A stretch of DNA of 18,834 nt from Gemmatimonadota bacterium (GCA_040905425.1 JBBDRO010000017.1:36331-55164); one strand, 5' to 3'. Positions 8,201 through 15,409 are shown, counted from the stretch's first letter. Numbers and translations: made by a program. The notes: generated from the sequence alone by a model not told the origin.

Positions 8201-10362
8201 TGAGCAACGTGGACGAGGGCATCGGCGTGCTGAGTTCGCTGCTGCTGAAGAAGAAGACGTACCGCTCCATGGTGGGCGGAGACGGCGCCTGCATGGGCTG
8301 CGGTGAGAAGACCACGGTCCACCTGGTGACGAGCACCATCGAGGCGCTCATGCAGCCCCGCGTGAAGCGCTTCGTGGCCCGCCTGGAGGAGCTCATCGGC
8401 CGGCTGGACGAGCAGGCGCGGGACCTCCTCTCCGCGGATGCGGACCTGGATCTGGCGGCGCTCGCGGAGGGCGCGCATGTGGACGTGCCGCTGGACGACG
8501 GGAAGCGGGAGACGCTGCAGCGCATCGTCGCCACGCTGAAGGCGCTGCGGGATCTCAAGTGGCGCTATGAGGACGGCCCGAGCGGCGAGGGGCGCGCCAG
8601 CATGGGCATCACGAACAGCACCGGGTGCTCGTCGGTGTGGGCCAGCACCTACCCCTACAACCCGTATCCGTATCCCTGGGCCAACCACCTCTTCCAGGAC
8701 GCGCCCTCGCTGGCCATCGGCGTCTTCGAGGGGCACATGCGGAAGATGGCGGACGCCTTCGTGGCGGTGCGCCGGGCGGAGCTCATCCTGGACGGCGGCT
8801 ACGACGCCGTGCGCGACGAGCCGTTCTTCACCGCCTTCGACTACCGGGAGTTCACCGACGAGGAGTTCCAGCTGTGCCCGCCCATCATGGCCATCGGCGG
8901 GGACGGGGCCATGCTGGACATCGGCTTCCAGAACCTCTCGCGGCTGCTGGCCTCCGGCAAGCCGATCCGCGTCATGGTGCTGGACACGCAGGTCTACTCG
9001 AACACGGGCGGCCAGGCGTGCACCAGCGGCTTCACCGGCCAGGTGGCCGACATGTCCGCCTACGGCAAGGCGCAGCATGGCAAGACGGAGACGCGCAAGG
9101 AACTGGCGCTGCTCGCGCTGGCGCACCGCGGCGCCTTCGTGCACCAGTCATCCCAGGCCAACGCCAGCCACCTCATCGCGGGCGTCATCAAGGGCCTGAA
9201 CTCGCGGCGCCCGGCCGTCTTCAACATCTACACGCCGTGCCCGGTGGAGCACGGGCTGCCCGACGAGTGGGCGCCCTACGGCGCCAAGCTGGCGCTGGAA
9301 TCGCGCGCCTTCCCGTTCATGACCTATGACCCGGACGGCGGCGCCTCCATCGCGGAGTGCATCTCCCTGGAGGGCAACCCGGCCATCGACGACCCGTGGC
9401 CCACCTACGAGCTCACCTTCGTGAATGACGAGGGGGAGGAGGAGACGCTGGAGCTGCCGCTATCCACCGCCGACTGGGCGGCCACGGAGGGCCGCTTCAA
9501 GAAGCACTTCAAGGAGCTGAAGCGGGAGGCGTGGACCGAGGACATGGTGCCCTTCCACGAGTTCGTCTTCATGGGTGCGGCGGAGCGTGAGGGCAAGGAG
9601 CCCTTCATCCACGCCCTGGGCAAGGACCGCCAGCTGGTGCGCAAGTCCGTGTCCATGGAGATGGTCACGCTGGCGGAGGACCGGCTGCTCTTCTGGGGCC
9701 AGCTCCGGGAGCTGGCCGGCCTGGCCGCGCCCGAGGTGGTACGGGACGCCGTGCGTGATCAGCTGGAGGCCGAGTTCGATGCCCGCGCGGAGGCGCTCAG
9801 GACCGAGTACGAGGGCCGCATGGCGGAGCTGAAGGCCGCCTACCCGCCGCTCATCGCGCGGCGCATGGCGGAGGGCCTCCTCAAGGCCGGCGCCGGCGAC
9901 CGCACGGTGGCCGAGCTGCTGGAGGTGGCGGACCGGACCCCGGGCCTGCAGCCCATCCGTCTCTCGGACATCTCCTCCGCGCTGGCCGCCGAGCCGGCGC
10001 CCTCCGGCAACGGCGGCGGCGTGGCCGTGGCGGAGGCGCCGGCGGCGGTGGAGGCCGGTGCGGCGCCCGCCCCCGCGCCGGCCGCGGTGGAGGAGGATGA
10101 GGACGGCGGCCTGGCCATGGAGCCGTACATCGACACGGCCCGCTGCACCACGTGCAACGAGTGCACGAACCTGAACGGCAAGATGTTCGCCTACAATGAG
10201 GACAAGCAGGCCTACATCAAGGACCCGAAGGCCGGCACCTTCGCGCAGCTCGTGCAGGCCGCGGAGCGCTGCCCGGCGGCACTCATCCACCCCGGCACGC
10301 CGCTCAATCCCAAGGAGAAGGACCTGGAGAAGTGGCTCAAGCGGGCGGAGCCGTTCAGCTGA
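5257..10362 (+). CDS. por: Single-chain pyruvate:ferredoxin/flavodoxin oxidoreductase (Por/NifJ-like), unusually large (1701 aa), with C-terminal tethered ferredoxin
   Basis: AYPITPST, EGEHAA, VGGWGAITTGKN, YGSEKKGQPT, two CxxCxxCxxxCP motifs (7648-7683, 8056-8091), ACMGCGEK, STGCSSVW, GGDGAMLDIGFQN, DTQVYSNTGGQ, YTPC. ATGA overlap with the rnfB stop. Pyruvate specificity is inferred from the family. Confidence 0.9.
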   Translation: MIMKRKSNAPESGPRYPGVPEATDGSGAVVYVETAASEAAGAYPITPSTQMGEGWALAVAAGHENVHGRRLLFFEPEGEHAAAAVTAGMSMTGLRATNFSSGQGIAYMHESLYAAVGKRLTYVLNVAARAMTKHALNVHAGHDDYHAVDDTGFLQFFAKDVQETADLTLIAHRAAELSLTPALVAQDGFLTSHVIESIKLPERELIAEYLGDPADMIECPTPAQRLTFGPTRRRIPEMFDVDYPTMLGPVQNQDAYAQGVAAQRPFYFDHARALIDRSFEEYAALTGRRYERVMGYRLEDAEYVIAGQGSVVPNAEAVVDFMRAQGVKVGVLNLTLFRPFPADLVTQLLRGKQAVAVLERVDQPLAVDPPLLREIRAAFGQAQENGRAEAVNVRKGRGVPALAKPHADLASVRADELPDFYSGGFGFGSRDLQPGDIVAAVRNMMPEGAGRRRFYLGLDFIRKDTKLPKLQVWQEELLENYPHLAHLSLEAVEGVDLSGEGSVALRIHSVGGWGAITTGKNVALTAFELAGLHIKANPKYGSEKKGQPTTFYATLSREPIRVNAELKNVNVVLSPDPNVFRHSNPLAGLGQDGVFVIQSDLEPAALWAVLSEDARRTVREKNIQVYVLDGFSIANEEASDPELRYRMQGAAFMGAFFRTGPLARNENLSEERIFEGIETQLRAKFGKLGERVIQDNVRVIRRGWDEVLQVDTSVEVAVEAEVHDTMRPIPALLNHPDAEQGLGNPGRFFEQVCAVCAVGQDVIADPFTAVSAMPAASSSVRDMTDIRFEVPDFIAEKCTGCSQCWVQCPDAAIPGLVTPVEDLIDRAIDHAANGRALERVRQISKHLAKESRKVMEAVPFHDFGQVVSAAYHNVADKLGWEPERRAELDEQFAAVHSVLAEFPLARTAPFYDVHEGKAKGTGGLLSITINPEACKGCNICVEVCPENALITIKQDEEVVERLRRNWNFWEALPDTSDRYVNVSNVDEGIGVLSSLLLKKKTYRSMVGGDGACMGCGEKTTVHLVTSTIEALMQPRVKRFVARLEELIGRLDEQARDLLSADADLDLAALAEGAHVDVPLDDGKRETLQRIVATLKALRDLKWRYEDGPSGEGRASMGITNSTGCSSVWASTYPYNPYPYPWANHLFQDAPSLAIGVFEGHMRKMADAFVAVRRAELILDGGYDAVRDEPFFTAFDYREFTDEEFQLCPPIMAIGGDGAMLDIGFQNLSRLLASGKPIRVMVLDTQVYSNTGGQACTSGFTGQVADMSAYGKAQHGKTETRKELALLALAHRGAFVHQSSQANASHLIAGVIKGLNSRRPAVFNIYTPCPVEHGLPDEWAPYGAKLALESRAFPFMTYDPDGGASIAECISLEGNPAIDDPWPTYELTFVNDEGEEETLELPLSTADWAATEGRFKKHFKELKREAWTEDMVPFHEFVFMGAAEREGKEPFIHALGKDRQLVRKSVSMEMVTLAEDRLLFWGQLRELAGLAAPEVVRDAVRDQLEAEFDARAEALRTEYEGRMAELKAAYPPLIARRMAEGLLKAGAGDRTVAELLEVADRTPGLQPIRLSDISSALAAEPAPSGNGGGVAVAEAPAAVEAGAAPAPAPAAVEEDEDGGLAMEPYIDTARCTTCNECTNLNGKMFAYNEDKQAYIKDPKAGTFAQLVQAAERCPAALIHPGTPLNPKEKDLEKWLKRAEPFS

Positions 10363-11735
10363 TGTTCAAGCCGCCTTCGCTGGTCCAGCTTCCCGGGGTG
10401 CGCGGCATGGCGGCCCGGCCCGGTTTCCGGCACGGCGTGCATCCGCCGGACGCCAAGGAACTGTCCAGGGCCAGGACCATCCGGCGCATGCCTTTCCCGG
10501 CGGAGGTGGTGCTCCCGCTGCGGCAGCACACGGGCAAGCCGGCCCGGCCGCTGGTGAAGCCCGGCGACCGGGTGGAACGCGGGGACAAGATCGCGGCCGC
10601 CGACGGCTTCGTGTCCGTGCCCATCCACGCCTCGGCGGCGGGGGTGGTGAAGTCCATCGGCTGGTGGCCGCACGCCGACGGCACCATGGCCGAGGCCATC
10701 CGCATCCAGGTGGCGCGCTTCAGCGCCCAGCTGCCGCGGCCGCGCATGGTGCCGCACTGGGAGGGGCTCACCCCCGCCCAGGTGGTGGCGGCCGTACAGG
10801 AGGCGGGCGTGGTGGGGCTGGGCGGCGCCGCCTTCCCCGCGCACGTGAAGCTGCAGCCGCCGCCGGACTGCCCGATCGAATTCCTGCTCGTCAACGGCGC
10901 CGAGTGCGAGCCCTACCTGACCAGCGACCACCGGGTCATGGTGGAGTACGCGGAGCGCGTCTGGTTCGGCGTGCGCATCATGATGCACGCGCTGGGCGTG
11001 CCCCGGTGCGTGGTGGGCGTGGAGAAGAACAAGCCGGACGCCATCGAGGCGCTCCGGGCCGCCGCGCCCACTGGTCTGGACGTGCGCGTGGAGGCGCTCA
11101 CGGTGAAGTATCCGCAGGGCGCCGAGAAGATGCTCATCCACGCTGTCACGGGGCGCGAGGTGCCCTCGGGCAAGCTGCCCATGCACGTGGGCACCGTGGT
11201 GCAGAATGTGGGCTCGATTGCCGCCATTGCCGAGGTCTTCGAGACGGGCATGCCGCTCGTGGAGCGCATCGTCTCGGTCACCGGCCCCGCCATCAAGGAC
11301 CCGCAGAACCTCATCGTGCCCGTGGGCACCAAGCTGCGCGACGTGCTGGACTACTGCGGCGGGCTCACGGAGGACGTGGCGGAGATCGTCTTCGGCGGCC
11401 CCATGATGGGCATTGCCCAGCCGGATCTGGACGCGCCACTCATCAAGGGCACGAGCGGCGTGGTGGCCCTCACGAAGGCGCAGGCGCGGCCGCGCACGGT
11501 GCACCCCTGCATCCAGTGCGCGCGCTGCCTGGACGCCTGCCCGGTCTTCCTGAACCCATCCAAGCTGGGGCGGCTGGCGCAGGCCGGCCGCTACGAGGAG
11601 ATGGCCAAGCACCACCTGGCCGACTGCATGCTGTGCGGCTCGTGCTCCTACGTGTGCCCGTCCAGCATTCCGCTGTCCCAGATGTTCGCCCTGGCCAAGG
11701 CGGCCGAGCGCCGCAGGAAAGAGCAGGCCGCGTGA
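10362..11735 (+). CDS. rnfC: Rnf/Rsx complex subunit C (NAD/FMN-binding, 2x[4Fe-4S]), 457 aa
   Basis: GVHPP, PLRQHTG, PIHAS, AGVVGLGGAAFP, NGAECEPYLTSD, KYPQGAEK, GGPMMG, CIQCARCLDACP, CMLCGSCSYVCPS. TGATG overlap with the por stop. Confidence 0.95.
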   Translation: MFKPPSLVQLPGVRGMAARPGFRHGVHPPDAKELSRARTIRRMPFPAEVVLPLRQHTGKPARPLVKPGDRVERGDKIAAADGFVSVPIHASAAGVVKSIGWWPHADGTMAEAIRIQVARFSAQLPRPRMVPHWEGLTPAQVVAAVQEAGVVGLGGAAFPAHVKLQPPPDCPIEFLLVNGAECEPYLTSDHRVMVEYAERVWFGVRIMMHALGVPRCVVGVEKNKPDAIEALRAAAPTGLDVRVEALTVKYPQGAEKMLIHAVTGREVPSGKLPMHVGTVVQNVGSIAAIAEVFETGMPLVERIVSVTGPAIKDPQNLIVPVGTKLRDVLDYCGGLTEDVAEIVFGGPMMGIAQPDLDAPLIKGTSGVVALTKAQARPRTVHPCIQCARCLDACPVFLNPSKLGRLAQAGRYEEMAKHHLADCMLCGSCSYVCPSSIPLSQMFALAKAAERRRKEQAA

Positions 11736-12823
11736 GCACGGTGGACCGGGCCACTGCAGCCGCGCGCCTGCGGGGCATCCCCGGGCCCGGCGCGGGGCGG
11801 GGCGCCAGCGAGCGCACGCCCGACTGGGGCCGTGTGGCGCTGCAGCTCACCGCCTCCCCGCACATCAAGGCGCCCGACAGCACCGAGCGCATCATGTGGA
11901 CGGTGGTGGCCAGCCTGCTGCCCGTGGTGCTGGCGGCTGGCTGGTACTTCGGCGTGAGCGCCTGGCTGGTGATCGGCACCGCCACCGTGGGCGCGGTGGG
12001 CACCGAGCGGCTGCTCAGCGGCGGCGCAGCCGTACGGGACGGCTCGGCGGCCATCACCGGCATCCTCCTGGGGCTCACGCTGCCGGCGGGCATGCCGCTG
12101 TGGATGGCGCTGCTCGGCGGCGTGTTCGGCATTGCTTTCGGCAAGCTGCTCTTTGGCGGGCTCGGGCAGAACGTGTTCAACCCCGCGCTCGTGGGGCGGG
12201 CTTTCCTGCAGGCGGCCTTCCCGGTGGCCATCACCACCTGGCCGGCGCCCCGCCAGGGCTTCCTGGCGCAGGTGGGGGACACCTTCGCGCTGCCGCTCAT
12301 GAGCCCGGCCGTGGACGTCACCACCACCGCCACGCCGCTGGCGGAGATGAAGTTCGAGGGCACTACCACGGCGCTGAATGACCTGGTGCTGGGCAGTACA
12401 GCCGGTTCGCTGGGCGAGACGGCGGGCATCCTCATCCTGCTGGGCGGCGCCTACCTGGCGCTCCGCAACTATCTGGACTGGCGCATTCCGGTGGGCATCC
12501 TGGGGACGGTGGCGCTGCTCTCGGCGGCGCTCAACCTGGTGGACCCCGCGTTCCCCGATCCGCTCTTCATGATCTTTTCCGGCGGGTTGCTGCTGGGCGC
12601 GGTCTACATGGCCACGGACATGGTCACCTCTCCGGTCACCCGCGCCGGCGCCTGGATCTTCGCGGCGGGGATCGGCTTCCTGGTGGTGCTCATCCGCGTG
12701 TGGGGCGGGCTGCCGGAGGGGGTCATGTACGCCATCCTGCTCATGAACGCCATGGTGCCCTTCATCGACCGGGCCACCCAGCCCCGGGTGTTCGGCACCG
12801 TCCGCGGCAGGGAGGGCGCGTGA
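11732..12823 (+). CDS. rnfD: Rnf/Rsx complex subunit D, 363 aa
   Basis: SPHI, DGSAAITG, KLLFGGLGQNVFNPALVGRAFL, FMN-attachment site DVTTTATPL, GSLGET, ATDMVTSP, PEGVMYAILLMN. GTGA overlap with rnfC. Only the last 363 aa of the track's 875-aa ORF. Confidence 0.95.
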   Translation: MSTVDRATAAARLRGIPGPGAGRGASERTPDWGRVALQLTASPHIKAPDSTERIMWTVVASLLPVVLAAGWYFGVSAWLVIGTATVGAVGTERLLSGGAAVRDGSAAITGILLGLTLPAGMPLWMALLGGVFGIAFGKLLFGGLGQNVFNPALVGRAFLQAAFPVAITTWPAPRQGFLAQVGDTFALPLMSPAVDVTTTATPLAEMKFEGTTTALNDLVLGSTAGSLGETAGILILLGGAYLALRNYLDWRIPVGILGTVALLSAALNLVDPAFPDPLFMIFSGGLLLGAVYMATDMVTSPVTRAGAWIFAAGIGFLVVLIRVWGGLPEGVMYAILLMNAMVPFIDRATQPRVFGTVRGREGA

Positions 12824-13503
12824 GCACGCAGCCCGTACCCGGCAACGGCCCTGGGGTGGCGGAGGTGCAGTCCTGGCGGCTGGTCACCACGCTGGCGGTG
12901 GCGGGGATGCTCGCGGGGCTGCTCATCGTGCTGGTCTTCCAGTGGGCGCACCCGCGCATCCTGGATCACCAGGAGCGTGCCGTCACGGCCGCCGTGGACG
13001 TGGTCCTCTCCGCGCCGGAGCGGACGGAGCGCTACTTCGTGGTCGACGGTGAGCTCCGCGCCGAGGCCCCCGAGGGCAGTGACACCCTCAGACTGGAGCG
13101 GGTCTTCCTGGGCTTCGACGCGTCCGATGCACCGATAGGCTACGCGGTGCGCGGCGGGGAGGCGGGCTTCCAGGACATCATCACCGTGCTCTTCGGCTAC
13201 CACCCCGCGCGCGACGAGGTGCTGGGCATGCTGGTGCTGGACAACAAGGAGACCCCCGGCCTGGGAGACAAGATCGTCAAGGACACGGCGTTCGTGGCGG
13301 CGTTCCAGGGTGTGCGCGCGCCGATCCAGGGCGTCAAGGCGCGGGCGGGCAGCGGCGCGGAAACCGAGGTGGACATGATCACCGGCGCCACCATCTCCTC
13401 GCGCGCCGTCATCGACATCATCAACCACCGCATCGAGGCGCTCGGGCCCATTCTGAAGCGTCATCTGGAAACGCGGGTAGCCGGCAGTGGAGCGTCCACA
13501 TGA
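12820..13503 (+). CDS. rnfG: Rnf/Rsx complex subunit G, 227 aa
   Basis: N-terminal TM helix, GFQDII, ETPGLGDKI, covalent-FMN motif DMITGATISSRAV. GTGA overlap with rnfD after GGAGG. Confidence 0.93.
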   Translation: MSTQPVPGNGPGVAEVQSWRLVTTLAVAGMLAGLLIVLVFQWAHPRILDHQERAVTAAVDVVLSAPERTERYFVVDGELRAEAPEGSDTLRLERVFLGFDASDAPIGYAVRGGEAGFQDIITVLFGYHPARDEVLGMLVLDNKETPGLGDKIVKDTAFVAAFQGVRAPIQGVKARAGSGAETEVDMITGATISSRAVIDIINHRIEALGPILKRHLETRVAGSGAST

Positions 13504-14192
13504 GGGCCACGACCCCGACGGAGGACCTGCTCCGCGGCATCTGGCGGGAGAACCCCGTGCTGATCCAGCTCCTGGGGCTGTGCCCCGCGCTGGCGGTCAC
13601 CAACACCGTGGCCAACGGCATTGCCATGGGGCTGGCCACCACTTTCGTGCTGCTGGGCTCCAGCCTCCTGGTCTCCCTGCTGTCCGACTACATCCCCAAG
13701 GAAGTGCGCATCAGCGCCTACATCCTGATCATCGCCACCTTCGTGACGCTGGTGGACCTGATCCTGGCGGCGGTGGTGCCTGACATCCACAAGGCGCTGG
13801 GCGCCTTCATTGCGCTCATCGTGGTGAACTGCATGATCCTGGGCCGCCAGGAGGCGTTCGCGTCCCGGCGCCCGGTGGGCCGGGCCCTGCTGGATGCCGC
13901 GGGCACGAGCGCGGGCTTCATGATCGCGCTGCTCCTGATGAGCGGCTTCCGCGAGCTGCTCGGCAACGGCTCGCTCCTGGGCGTGGACGTCATGGGCCCC
14001 GGCTTCGAGCCCTGGATCATCATGATCCTGCCCGCCGGCGGCTTCTTCATGCTGGGCTTCATCCTGCTGGCGCTGGCCTGGTGGCAGGGGCGCGCCCAGC
14101 CGCCGGTCAAGCCGCGGCGCTGGCCGAACGGCGTGACCACGACCACGCATGCCAACGCCGCCCCGCGCGAGCGTGACAAGGTGGTGGCCTGA
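13500..14192 (+). CDS. rnfE: Rnf/Rsx complex subunit E, 230 aa
   Basis: ENPVLIQLLGLCPALAVT, EVRI, LIVVNCMILGR, RELLGNG, ILPAGGF. ATGA overlap with rnfG. Confidence 0.95.
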   Translation: MRATTPTEDLLRGIWRENPVLIQLLGLCPALAVTNTVANGIAMGLATTFVLLGSSLLVSLLSDYIPKEVRISAYILIIATFVTLVDLILAAVVPDIHKALGAFIALIVVNCMILGRQEAFASRRPVGRALLDAAGTSAGFMIALLLMSGFRELLGNGSLLGVDVMGPGFEPWIIMILPAGGFFMLGFILLALAWWQGRAQPPVKPRRWPNGVTTTTHANAAPRERDKVVA

Positions 14193-14767
14193 TGAATGAG
14201 CTGATCTGGATCCTGATCAGCGCCATGGTGGTCAACAACTTCACCCTGGCCCTCTTCCTGGGACTGTGTCCCTTCCTGGGTGTGTCCGGGCGCGTGGCCA
14301 CGGCGCTCCGCATGGGCGCGGCCAACATCTTCGTCATGGTCATCACGTCGCTGGCCGCGTGGTTCCTGAACAGCTACGTGCTGGCCGACGCGCCCTACCT
14401 GCGCATCATCTCCTTCATCGTGGTGATCGCCTCGCTGGTGCAGATCGTGGAGATGGCCATCAAGAAGCTGAGCCCCGCGCTCTTCCGGGAGCTGGGCATC
14501 TTCCTGCCGCTCATCACCACCAACTGCGCCATCCTGGGCCTGGCCATCTTCCAGACCAATCGTGGCTACGGACTGGCGGAAGGGCTCTTCTTTGCCGTGG
14601 GCGCCGGCCTGGGTGTGACCCTGGCCCTGGTGCTCATGGCTTCCATCCGCGAGCGCATCGAGCTCTCGGACGTTCCGGCGCTGGCCCGCAACATGGGGCT
14701 GGTGCTCATTCTGGCCGGCACGCTGTCGCTGGCCTTCACCGGCTTCGCGGGATTGTTCAGCTCATGA
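14192..14767 (+). CDS. rnfA: Rnf/Rsx complex subunit A, 191 aa
   Basis: VNNFTLALFLGLCPFLGVS, LGIFLPLITTNCAILG, IRER, LSLAFTGFAG. TGATG overlap with rnfE. Confidence 0.95.
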   Translation: MNELIWILISAMVVNNFTLALFLGLCPFLGVSGRVATALRMGAANIFVMVITSLAAWFLNSYVLADAPYLRIISFIVVIASLVQIVEMAIKKLSPALFRELGIFLPLITTNCAILGLAIFQTNRGYGLAEGLFFAVGAGLGVTLALVLMASIRERIELSDVPALARNMGLVLILAGTLSLAFTGFAGLFSS

Positions 14768-14913
14768 TCGAACCCCTGATCGGCATAGGCATCTTCGCCG
14801 CGCTCTTCGCGGCGTTCGGCGCTCTCAAGCCCCGGAGCTGCGGCAGCGGGAGCTGCGGCGCCTGCTCCGGCGGCCCGTGCTCGTACGAGAAGTCCGGGGA
14901 GGGGAATCCGTGA
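14764..14913 (+). CDS. 49-aa single-TM Cys-rich small protein (NqrM-like or FeoB-associated Cys-rich peptide-like architecture)
   Basis: ATG overlaps the rnfA stop (ATGA 14764-14767). MIEPLIGIGIFAALFAAFGALKPRSCGSGSCGACSGGPCSYEKSGEGNP: hydrophobic helix followed by Cx4Cx2Cx4C. Confidence 0.72.
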   Translation: MIEPLIGIGIFAALFAAFGALKPRSCGSGSCGACSGGPCSYEKSGEGNP

Positions 14914-14996
14914 TGGCGCCCGACGACTGTCCGGTCCGTCCCGGCTTCCAGCCCGCCGCTTCCAGTGACGCCGCCCGACGGCGGCAGGAGGACAGA

Positions 14997-15383
14997 ATGG
15001 AGACCCAGACCGCCTACTGCTCCGCGTGCGACCAGCAGGTGCGCATCGTGGTGACGCCCCAGCCGGTGCACGGCGGCCAGGCCACGCTGGATGACGGCCC
15101 CGACGTGGTGTGCCTGGATTTCGGCCACAAGTGCACCGGCTCCCTGTGCCCCATGTTCGGCCTGCCGCGCATCCTCATGGGGGTGAAGCTGGCGCAGAGC
15201 GGCCTCAAGCCGGACGAGGAGTGGGAGTCCTTCCGCGCCCCCTGCCAGGGGTGCTCTCAGATGGTGGACCTCCGCATCATCGACGCGCTCTACGCCCTGT
15301 GCCCCTCCTGCTCCGCGCGCAACCGCTACGCCCGGGTCACCGTGGGTGACGAGCAGTACGTGGGGCTGGCCCAGGAGCCCTGA
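14997..15383 (+). CDS. Hypothetical 128-aa Cys-rich (zinc-ribbon-like) protein
   Basis: AGGAGG RBS at 14986-14991 before ATG 14997; CSAC, CLDFGHKCTGSLC, CQGC, CPSC. Alternative in-frame starts at 14910 (GTG) and 14913 (ATG) overlap the upstream stop. Confidence 0.75.
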   Translation: METQTAYCSACDQQVRIVVTPQPVHGGQATLDDGPDVVCLDFGHKCTGSLCPMFGLPRILMGVKLAQSGLKPDEEWESFRAPCQGCSQMVDLRIIDALYALCPSCSARNRYARVTVGDEQYVGLAQEP

Positions 15384-15409
15384 CCCGACGGCCCCTGTCC
15401 GCCGGCGGG

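Noticed and set aside
10089..10119. Internal start at ATG 10117 producing a free 81-aa ferredoxin
   Set aside because: The AGGAGG/GAGGA stretches come from Glu/Asp codons and lie 13-20 nt from the ATG, too far for a typical RBS; unsupported without ribosome profiling.
512..11615. Long antisense ORFs (512..2032, 5134..7002, 7807..9144, 9460..10290, 10212..11615)
   Set aside because: Shadow frames expected opposite genes with strong GC3 bias; no motifs, and fully overlapping well-supported genes.
10196..12823. 875-aa ORF suggesting a giant RnfD or an RnfC-RnfD frameshift fusion
   Set aside because: The first 512 codons are Arg/Gly/Ala-rich off-frame read-through of por/rnfC. RnfC is complete with its own stop, and RnfD starts at the GTGA overlap at 11732.
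11729..12828. CGCGTGAGCACG repeated at the rnfC/D and rnfD/G junctions (CGCGTGAGC also at korA/B)
   Set aside because: Explained by the Ala-stop/GTG-Ser overlap pattern in GC-rich DNA; no evidence for a regulatory or recombination site.
11732..14767. Na+-NQR (nqrB/C/D/E) as an alternative identity; absence of apbE
   Set aside because: RnfB and RnfC are present and NqrA/NqrF absent, indicating Rnf. ApbE is often encoded elsewhere, so its absence here is uninformative. The coupling ion cannot be read from the sequence.
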